A stretch of 64,000 nucleotides of DNA, taken from assembly GCA_003486385.1 (NCBI GenBank), contig DNFT01000032.1:22987-86986 (forward strand). The letters are read 5' to 3'. The DNA comes from Eubacterium sp. GTDB lineage: Bacteria > Bacillota > Clostridia > Lachnospirales > Lachnospiraceae. The translations under genes and the position numbers were made by a program. The notes under the pieces were generated by a model that searched no databases, was not told where the DNA came from, and saw only the letters and a list, made by a program, of their open reading frames with translations. Numbering within the stretch: position 1 is the first letter of the stretch; every line of letters begins with the position of its first letter. Below, in pieces: positions 41,227 through 48,567 of this stretch.

Positions 41227-41530
41227 AAACGCCTCCCTTTACCCTGCAAAAGCAACATAAAAGGTCTATCCTGCATACGCAAAATAGACCCGCAAAAATA
41301 ATCCTTCCGTATAAACAGCCCGATACAAAAGGAAAATGCGAATTGCGATAATCTAATTTAAGCGTACACAAAACAGCCTGCTATTGCAGGTTATAAAATC
41401 AATATGTGTCCTACTTAAATCAAACTATCTAATAATCATCTTCCCACCTTGCACCGACTGTGCTCTTTCTGTTTATTTGTCCTTTATTCACGGACATATT
41501 TATAATAGCATAGTTATGTTTCGTTTGCAA
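41227..41530 (-). promoter_or_regulatory. ABC-F promoter and roughly 300-nt leader, with a terminator-like attenuator hairpin at 41254-41291
   Basis: TTGCAA-N17-TATTAT promoter on the minus strand (41502-41530). Attenuator hairpin GGTCTAT-N14-ATAGACC followed by UUUUAUGUU sits about 30 nt before the RBS. Confidence 0.45.
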
Positions 41531-41611
41531 TTACTTAATTTTCATCTATGTAAATAAGCGTATTTAATACTAAATGCTTTAATCATTTTTTGCTGTTTTA
41601 TCTTCATAATT

Positions 41612-41637
41612 GGGACAGGGGACCAGACCCCTGTCCC
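41612..41637. repeat. GC-rich hairpin GGGACAGGGG-ACCAGA-CCCCTGTCCC, copy 1
   Basis: 10-bp GC stem in AT-rich DNA, 4 nt after the yjjW stop. A near-identical copy is at 44752-44776. Confidence 0.55.
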
Positions 41638-41641
41638 GCAG

Positions 41642-42364
41642 TTATACAACTATAGTTTTCTCATACCCAAGCTCACTCAAAATACCAGCAAGCTCATTCA
41701 TGTAGTCCGTTCCGGGTGTGAGCATGCGGGCATACTCCGCCCGGACTCCCATCGGCCTATAGGAAATTAACTTGAAATGAAAAGAATCCGGCTTGTACAA
41801 GTCGCGCATCATCTCTCCAATAGCCCTCACAGAATGCTTTCCGTCATAAAGCGACGGGCAGATTACGCATCTTATCTCCTCAAGCCTGCCGATTGTAGCT
41901 AACAGTCTGGCATTGGCAATCACAGTTTCATTGCCTGTCCCGGTAATTTTCCTGTGGATATCGCTGTCATAAGCCTTTATGTCCAGAAGGACGCCATCCG
42001 TCACGTCAAGTAAATCCTGCTTGCCGGCAAAATCAATGGTACCATTGGTATCTATCATAGTGCTCAGCCCCAGCTTTTTGGCCTTTGTGAACAGCTCGGT
42101 CAAAAAATCGTACTGGAGCATACATTCACCGCCGGAGACAGTAATACCTCTCACAAAAGGAATCTGCTTTTTGACCTGTTCAAGCACCTCATCGGAGGAC
42201 ATCTCTGTCACAGTTGTAATATTTTTATCGCCGTACTTATCCCTTGTCTCAGGATTGTGACAATACAGACAATTGATATTGCAGCCTTGCAAAAAGATTG
42301 CTGTTCTGTTTCCGGGTCCGTCAACCGATGAAAAAGGAATAATTTTATTAACTCGTGCTCTCAT
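41642..42364 (-). CDS. yjjW: Glycyl-radical enzyme activating protein (YjjW family, radical SAM)
   Basis: CNINCLYCHN radical-SAM motif, paired with a YjjI-family gene. Start chosen at MRARVNK, 6 nt after the AGGGG in element B. Confidence 0.8.
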   Translation of the reverse strand: MRARVNKIIPFSSVDGPGNRTAIFLQGCNINCLYCHNPETRDKYGDKNITTVTEMSSDEVLEQVKKQIPFVRGITVSGGECMLQYDFLTELFTKAKKLGLSTMIDTNGTIDFAGKQDLLDVTDGVLLDIKAYDSDIHRKITGTGNETVIANARLLATIGRLEEIRCVICPSLYDGKHSVRAIGEMMRDLYKPDSFHFKLISYRPMGVRAEYARMLTPGTDYMNELAGILSELGYEKTIVV

Positions 42365-42440
42365 GTTATACCCCTGCATACAGCAGGCACTGCTTGCTGT
42401 ATTGCCAATAATAAGTAGTTTGAAAGTTTCACTTTCAAAT
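42365..42440 (-). promoter_or_regulatory. Structured leader/intergenic element, copy B (palindrome TTTGAAAGT-GAA-ACTTTCAAA at 42419-42439)
   Basis: About 85% identical to 21452-21530. It starts 2 nt after the yjjI stop codon and ends at the yjjW RBS/ATG. Confidence 0.5.
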
Positions 42441-42441
42441 T

Positions 42442-43986
42442 TTATCTAACCTTACGCTCCAATATTCTGCCATTCTTCTTTGCACCCGTGCCAAGCTGGG
42501 TGGTGTTCTGCAGTACAGCATTGCCCTGCTCATACTTCTCAATCTCAGATCTCTTTACCAGATATCCTGTGATTCTGATTACATCGCTGTCCGATGAGTA
42601 AAATGAAAGGTATCGGATGTCCTTTTGCCATGAGCCCTTAATAATGTCAAGCACATACTCCGGATTCTTATGTACTGTCAAATCCACCGGGAAAATATCT
42701 CCTGTACCCGAAACAAAATACTTGTGGAAATTGCTGATTACATTGAGATGGTCTACAAGCTCCTCCGGCTCCTCACCAATCGGAATACGTGTCCCCGGTG
42801 CAATCCCCTTGTCCTCCGCAATACCAACCTGAGCATGAAGCAGGAAATGGCTGCCTGTACCCTCACAATATTTATTAAAATGATTATTATTAAATTCATT
42901 TATGATATCCATAATCTCAACACCAAGCTGTGTAGCGGCATCCGAATGACCGAATCTGTCATCCTTACCCTCTTTAGTCATAAGGACATTGACCGCATCC
43001 GCAAGACCGACAAGTCCAAACATTCCGGTGAAGCTGTCCCTATGAATAAGCCCCTCTTTTGCAAGGAAATTCGATTCAAAAAAGCCTGACTGCTCTACCT
43101 CAAACGCAATACGTGCATCCATATATTTTGCCATGACATCCATAACATAAGGAAGCTGGTTGTTTTTAAAATCTTCAATTCCTGCAGAGCGCTCGGCAAT
43201 ATGTCCCAGAATCAGACGGCAGAGCGTGTAAGCACCACCACCAAGCAGCAAGCCATTATAACAGCTTGCAATGACGTAATTCTCACCCAGTTCATTTTTG
43301 AACATCCGGTGATTTGCAAAACTAGGCTTGGCTGTCTTAAGCGCACACTTGACACAGGCAAGTGCAAAATCATCATCTGTAATCTCCGGGTCATACTTCA
43401 TTGAAATATTTGGAATTGCATTTTCAAGTTCAGCTTGAACCTCCAAAATCAGATAGCCGGCTCTGGTAGCCTTCGGTCCAATATCCGCATGTGAAAACGA
43501 ATCAAGCACCGTACGGTCAACATTTGTAAAGAAAAGCTTAAGGTGCTTCTTAACCGTCGCATCATCCATATCCGTGATAAACGGCTCTAAAAGATAGTCA
43601 AGCTGTCCTAAATAAACCGGATAATTTGTAATGCTAGGCACATGCTTATATATAATCAACAGGTCATTAAGTGCCTCAAAAAAATCTGTTGGCGGTTCAA
43701 GCTGCAAAAATTCAGAGCCATTCTTAAAAAACTTCTCATAGTCCGGGATGATATATCTAGGTCTCATCGGTGCATGACCTTCAAAAAGATCACAAATACA
43801 ACGGTGTTCATCATCACAGTTAAGCAAATCGTCCAGTCCCTCCGGAACGTCAAGTACCTCAAGCATACCATCCGCCGCATTGGCAAGATTGGTGAGCTTC
43901 TGCTCATGCGTAAGCGCCTTATTTGTAATAATACCAAGAATATTTTCTCTTGTTTTTTCAACTCTTTCCATTGATATAGGTCTCAT
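42442..43986 (-). CDS. yjjI: YjjI-family (DUF3029) putative glycine radical enzyme
   Basis: About 515 aa and collinear with a radical-SAM activase, as in E. coli yjjI-yjjW. Start chosen at MRPIS (GGAG upstream). Confidence 0.7.
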   Translation of the reverse strand: MRPISMERVEKTRENILGIITNKALTHEQKLTNLANAADGMLEVLDVPEGLDDLLNCDDEHRCICDLFEGHAPMRPRYIIPDYEKFFKNGSEFLQLEPPTDFFEALNDLLIIYKHVPSITNYPVYLGQLDYLLEPFITDMDDATVKKHLKLFFTNVDRTVLDSFSHADIGPKATRAGYLILEVQAELENAIPNISMKYDPEITDDDFALACVKCALKTAKPSFANHRMFKNELGENYVIASCYNGLLLGGGAYTLCRLILGHIAERSAGIEDFKNNQLPYVMDVMAKYMDARIAFEVEQSGFFESNFLAKEGLIHRDSFTGMFGLVGLADAVNVLMTKEGKDDRFGHSDAATQLGVEIMDIINEFNNNHFNKYCEGTGSHFLLHAQVGIAEDKGIAPGTRIPIGEEPEELVDHLNVISNFHKYFVSGTGDIFPVDLTVHKNPEYVLDIIKGSWQKDIRYLSFYSSDSDVIRITGYLVKRSEIEKYEQGNAVLQNTTQLGTGAKKNGRILERKVR

Positions 43987-44028
43987 AATTGTCTCCATTT
44001 GTTTCATAATATTTATGTAATAATCTAA

Positions 44029-44226
44029 TTAATTATTTGCTTCCGGTTTCGGATTCCAATGATATCTGTCATACATGAAATGTCCATATAACAAATCTTG
44101 TATCAGATGTAGATAATAACCAAAATACAAATCATCAACTTTCAATAAATTTCCAAATTTTTCCTTATATTCTGTTAAATTATATGAACGCTTCCCCGTA
44201 TCACTTCTTATATTGTCCGGCATCAA
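44029..44226 (-). pseudogene. Short (65 aa) ORF, possibly the remnant of the HEPN-type partner of the adjacent nucleotidyltransferase
   Basis: Begins with TTG, lacks a clear RBS, and is about half the normal HEPN size. Sits immediately 3' of an MNT-domain gene. Confidence 0.3.
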
Positions 44227-44285
44227 GCAAAATTCTTGCAGAGCGTAATTTTTCTTCTGACATATTTAATCTATAAGACGAAAGC

Positions 44286-44624
44286 TCATCCAACCTTAAT
44301 TCCCTCCTTCTCGATATTCATATAATAAGGTAATATCTCCCTATATTTTTCAAATTCATCAAAAGGAACTACTGTCGGTGATACAACTACATCATTCTCA
44401 AGCCCAATATCCGCTGATATATCCCATACTATTTTCAGTTTTTTCTGTAAGTCCAATCTATTTCCCTTTACAATGGCAACAATATCTACATCTGACTGGT
44501 CTGTCTCTTCGTTTCGTGCATAAGAACCATAAAGGAGAATCTCTACTATATCATCACCATATATGTTGCGATATACGTCTACAAGTTGCGATGTTATGTC
44601 TTTTAATTGTGCTCTGGTACACAT
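44286..44624 (-). CDS. Minimal nucleotidyltransferase (MNT) domain protein (antitoxin-like partner of HEPN/MNT modules)
   Basis: LYGSYARNEETDQSDVDIVAIV: GS...D.D nucleotidyltransferase motif. Confidence 0.75.
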   Translation of the reverse strand: MCTRAQLKDITSQLVDVYRNIYGDDIVEILLYGSYARNEETDQSDVDIVAIVKGNRLDLQKKLKIVWDISADIGLENDVVVSPTVVPFDEFEKYREILPYYMNIEKEGIKVG

Positions 44625-44751
44625 ACAGTCAATAATCTCCTTTCTATAAATGTTTCTTTAAATATATCATTTACAGCGTAAATTTACAATATCTATATAA
44701 GCTCACAATCCATTATAACCATATATGAACACCATTATTTATACCCTTTTT

Positions 44752-44776
44752 GGGACAGGGGTCTGACCCCTGTCCC
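44752..44776. repeat. GC-rich hairpin GGGACAGGGG-TCTGA-CCCCTGTCCC, copy 2
   Basis: Same stem as copy 1, 3 nt after the rlmH stop. Confidence 0.55.
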
Positions 44777-44779
44777 AGA

Positions 44780-45259
44780 CTATTTGTGGTACGGTTCCCC
44801 GGCAATAATACGGTATGACCGGTACACCTGCTCAAGCAGTATCACCCTCATAAGCTGGTGCGGGAATGTCATCGGTGAGAAGCTGAGCTTATAGTCGGCT
44901 CTCTTCAGCACTCTCTCGTCAAGCCCTAATGAACCGCCGATGACGAAGGCGATTGAGCTCTTTCCTAATATTCCAAGCTTATTGATTTTGTCGGCTAATT
45001 CCGTGGAGGATAACTGTTTTCCTTCTATTGCAAGTGCAATGACGTACATATCATCCTTGACTGCCGAGAGAATCCTGTCACCTTCCTTGGACTTTATTAT
45101 TAGCTCCTGCGCTTCGGAGGCATTGTCCGGTGTCTTCTCGTCTGCCACCTCAATAATGTCAAGCTTGCAGTACTTTGAAAGGCGTTTTTCAAATTCCGCT
45201 ATCGCGTCCCTGTAAAATTTCTCCTTCACCTTTCCAACTGCTATTATCGTTATTCTCAT
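44780..45259 (-). CDS. rlmH: 23S rRNA (pseudouridine1915-N3)-methyltransferase
   Basis: About 159 aa SPOUT-fold RlmH with [11 protein letters not shown]-terminus. Confidence 0.85.
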   Translation of the reverse strand: MRITIIAVGKVKEKFYRDAIAEFEKRLSKYCKLDIIEVADEKTPDNASEAQELIIKSKEGDRILSAVKDDMYVIALAIEGKQLSSTELADKINKLGILGKSSIAFVIGGSLGLDERVLKRADYKLSFSPMTFPHQLMRVILLEQVYRSYRIIAGEPYHK

Positions 45260-45419
45260 GCACACACTCCTTTTCATTCACCATTTTCTATATCACCATA
45301 TCAACTCAAAACTCCCAAAGAATAAAACAAATGTATCCTCCGCACCACGCATCGGATACATTCACTTAATCATTTATCGGTCTTTATAAAATAAGTTCTT
45401 ATTATTCTCGTGTGCATTT

Positions 45420-46181
45420 TTATTCTGCATACAACTCATTGTAAACCATATCTGTCACATACTCAAGATAGTCCGCAGCAAGTTCCGGATATTCACCTGT
45501 TATCTGCTTCTCAATAAAATGATATCTGAGATTCCATTTTTCGTATGTATCTATCTCATCTGTCACTCCACAGGCATTATCGATTCCTTCAGTGGTATAC
45601 AAATCATGTATAAAGGTCTTAATCTGCTCTGTCAGCGCTTCTTCAGTGAGTGCCTCTCTCTTATATCTGGCACTATTTCTTAAAGAAATAACGCCGACTA
45701 TGAGAAACCCAGCAAAAAGTGCACCCATCACGGTGTTGGTCAACATCTTAGAGGTTGCGGAAAGGTTAAAGTCAAAAACTCCCAATATGTGAAGCAGAAC
45801 CAGTACAGCACCCACGCCGCCTACAAGGAAAAATGTATATGCGCTTGATTTATTATCTTCATAGCGCGTGCGCTTAGGAACATACGCCGGTGTTACATCT
45901 TTCCCTTTAATATCCTGTATATCGTCTGTTACATCACCGGACTTTGTATTCTCTCCGTCAGCACTGTTCTGATTATCCATTGAATCTATCTCATCTTCAC
46001 CATCATCGGTGCCGAAAGCCTCCTTACCTGCCTCAGACATTTCGGATTGTACGCTGTCAAAAAAATCTTCTGCATCGTTTTCCAGCTTTGCATCGTCAAG
46101 CTTCTCAACAAGCTCACAGCCACAATCTGCACATACCTTTATACCTTCACGGTATTCATATTTACATTTTGGACACCACAT
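45420..46181 (-). CDS. Zinc-ribbon protein with an acidic linker and 2 TM segments
   Basis: CPKC...CADCGC zinc ribbon at the N-terminus, followed by a D/E-rich linker and two hydrophobic helices. GGAGG lies 9 nt before the MWCPKC start. Confidence 0.5.
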   Translation of the reverse strand: MWCPKCKYEYREGIKVCADCGCELVEKLDDAKLENDAEDFFDSVQSEMSEAGKEAFGTDDGEDEIDSMDNQNSADGENTKSGDVTDDIQDIKGKDVTPAYVPKRTRYEDNKSSAYTFFLVGGVGAVLVLLHILGVFDFNLSATSKMLTNTVMGALFAGFLIVGVISLRNSARYKREALTEEALTEQIKTFIHDLYTTEGIDNACGVTDEIDTYEKWNLRYHFIEKQITGEYPELAADYLEYVTDMVYNELYAE

Positions 46182-46216
46182 AATATCATCCTCCATATTA
46201 TAAGTTATTGCTGATT

Positions 46217-47125
46217 TCACATAACATTGTCCCTGTATTTTTTAAGTTCCTCAATATACCTGTTACCAAGCTTCGATAGATTGATACCCTTTCTTGTCAC
46301 ATAACCTATGGTCATCTTCTCATCGCTGTCAAGCGGAACCGCACTGTAATCACTGCCGTTGAGCTCCTCACATATAATGCCCGAACAGAGCGTGTACGCA
46401 TTCATGCCAACCATCAGATTGAGTGCGGTTGCCCTGTCATTTACCTTGATAATCTTCTTATAGTTGTAGGTACTAAGCACCTCCTCAGAAAGATAGAATG
46501 AATTGTTAAGTCCCTGCTCAAAGGAAAGGCATGGGTACTCCTCCAGCTCCTTCATCGTTATCTTTTTGTTTTCTGCCAGCGGATGACCGTTCCAGAGATA
46601 TACACAGGTGTTACAGGTAAAAAGTTCGTGGAAATCCAGCTCATTTTTATCAAGAAGCTTGTCAAGAACCTTTGCGTTAAAATCATTGCGATATAAGATA
46701 CCGATTTCGCTCTTAAAGTTCTTGACATCCTCTATGACAGCAGCCGTCTTAGTCTCCCTGACGGCAAATTCATACTCATCAAAGCCGAACTCCTTGGCTA
46801 CAACCACGAATGCCTTGACCGCAAATGTATAGTGCTGCATTGAGACGCAGAACTTCTTTCTGCTGTTGGTATGGCTTATATATTTGTCATCAAGCAGCTG
46901 ATACTGCTCAACAACCTGTCTGGCATAGGAAAGAAATTCCTCGCCCTCCATCGTTGTCCTGATACCTCTGTTGGTTCGGATGAACAGTTCAATACCTATC
47001 TCCTCCTCAAGACTCATAACCGTCTCAGACAGACTCGGCTGCGACAGATAAAGCTGCTTCGCCGCCTCGTTCATCGAACCGCAGTCCGCAATGGTAATGA
47101 CATATTTTAATTGTTGTAAAGTCAT
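46217..47125 (-). CDS. LysR-family transcriptional regulator
   Basis: N-terminal HTH (LQQLKYVITIADCGSMNEAAKQLYLSQPSLS) and a LysR substrate-binding domain. Confidence 0.85.
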   Translation of the reverse strand: MTLQQLKYVITIADCGSMNEAAKQLYLSQPSLSETVMSLEEEIGIELFIRTNRGIRTTMEGEEFLSYARQVVEQYQLLDDKYISHTNSRKKFCVSMQHYTFAVKAFVVVAKEFGFDEYEFAVRETKTAAVIEDVKNFKSEIGILYRNDFNAKVLDKLLDKNELDFHELFTCNTCVYLWNGHPLAENKKITMKELEEYPCLSFEQGLNNSFYLSEEVLSTYNYKKIIKVNDRATALNLMVGMNAYTLCSGIICEELNGSDYSAVPLDSDEKMTIGYVTRKGINLSKLGNRYIEELKKYRDNVM

Positions 47126-47152
47126 GCTTTAACCTCTTTAAATGACAATTTA

Positions 47153-47353
47153 TCATTTATCTTTCTTCAGATATAAACTGCAGTTAACAACAATGCATAT
47201 TATCCATACAATAACACTTACAATATCAAACACGAGAATAAGTGGACTAATTTTATCTATTCCATAACTGAAATCAATAAAAACGCGGATTATCGAAATA
47301 ATTAAGGTCATTATAAACACAATAATTGCGGACAGTCTAACTTTCTTATTCAT
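47153..47353 (-). CDS. Possible small (about 66 aa) 2-TM membrane protein
   Basis: The hydrophobic C-terminal part of a longer ORF that otherwise overlaps the peptidase gene. It has no independent support. Confidence 0.25.
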   Translation of the reverse strand: MNKKVRLSAIIVFIMTLIISIIRVFIDFSYGIDKISPLILVFDIVSVIVWIICIVVNCSLYLKKDK

Positions 47354-47390
47354 AAGCACATCCCAAGCCTCCGATTTACTATCAAATATG

Positions 47391-48434
47391 CTACTGCGCA
47401 AGATAAGCTGCCAACAATTGCATTGTCGCAAACGCTCCCGCCCTATGGCTTCTCTCATATCCATGTGACGCATACACACCCGCACCGATAAGTCCATGTC
47501 TCACATCGTGTCCTGATTTTAAGGTTACATCGACATCCGAACCGTAGAAAGGATAGATGTCCACCGCATAGTCGATATTGTTGGCTTTTGCCGTGTTGAC
47601 AAGTGCTGTGACAACATCATAATTGTATGGTCCGGCGCTGTCCTTTGCACAGATGGATACCTGTGTCTCCTTACACTGCAAGCCGTCACCGACACAGCCC
47701 ATGTCTACAGAAATAATCTCCTTGACACCTTCCGGCACCGTTGCCGCAGCACCATGTCCGACCTCCTCGTAGACTGTGACATGCTGGTAAAGCTTTCTTT
47801 TAGGCGTAATTCCCTCATCCTTTAAAAACCTGGCAAATCCAAGCAGTATCCCTACACTCAGCTTATCGTCAAGGAATCTGCTCTTGATGTAGCCCGATGG
47901 AGTTATAACCGTTCTTGGGTCGAAGCATACAATATCGCCCACATCAATGCCAAGCTTCCTGGTATCATCCTTTGTGGAAACCATCTCATCTAAAAGCACT
48001 TCCATACATGCGAAGCTTCTCTTCTTTTCGCTGTATTCCTTGTTGACATGCACGGAGGCGTTGTCAAGCTGGAACACTCCTGTATAAATCTTTCCATCCC
48101 TTGTCACTACACGCACGTTCTCCGCCTCAGTGTTGTTCGCATTGAGACCGCCTATCGGAACTATGCGCAGATTGCCGTCAGCCTTAATCTCCGACACCAT
48201 GCCGCCAAGCGTGTCAATATGTGTGTCAAGCATGACAGCATTACTCTCATCCTCACCGCCAAGGTCGACTAGGACACCGCCCTTTATTGTCATATCCGCC
48301 TTGTAACCAAGCTTATGATATTCCTCCATCACATACTCAGCCACATTTTTTGTATACCCTGAAGGACTGTCAATCTCAAGAAGCTTCTTTGTCTCCTCTA
48401 AGATATAGTCTGCATATTTCTCTGATATCTTCAT
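47391..48434 (-). CDS. M42-family aminopeptidase (glutamyl aminopeptidase / FrvX-like)
   Basis: 347 aa with M42 metal-ligand pattern (H..D...EE..G...H). Confidence 0.8.
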   Translation of the reverse strand: MKISEKYADYILEETKKLLEIDSPSGYTKNVAEYVMEEYHKLGYKADMTIKGGVLVDLGGEDESNAVMLDTHIDTLGGMVSEIKADGNLRIVPIGGLNANNTEAENVRVVTRDGKIYTGVFQLDNASVHVNKEYSEKKRSFACMEVLLDEMVSTKDDTRKLGIDVGDIVCFDPRTVITPSGYIKSRFLDDKLSVGILLGFARFLKDEGITPKRKLYQHVTVYEEVGHGAAATVPEGVKEIISVDMGCVGDGLQCKETQVSICAKDSAGPYNYDVVTALVNTAKANNIDYAVDIYPFYGSDVDVTLKSGHDVRHGLIGAGVYASHGYERSHRAGAFATMQLLAAYLAQ

Positions 48435-48567
48435 CTTTTTCTCCTCACTATTTTATATAGTCATAGATAATTGCCAAACACAATTCCGCAAAATCCCCCA
48501 ATTGGCTGCGGCACAGCTATACTAATGCACTGCCGCACACCGGGCTTCACGATTATCCATGTATCAA

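Noticed and set aside
47153-47497. 114-aa ORF overlapping the C-terminus of the M42 peptidase gene
   Set aside because: The upstream two-thirds overlaps the well-supported peptidase CDS in another frame. Only the distal hydrophobic roughly 66 aa could be an independent small gene, which I report separately at low confidence.
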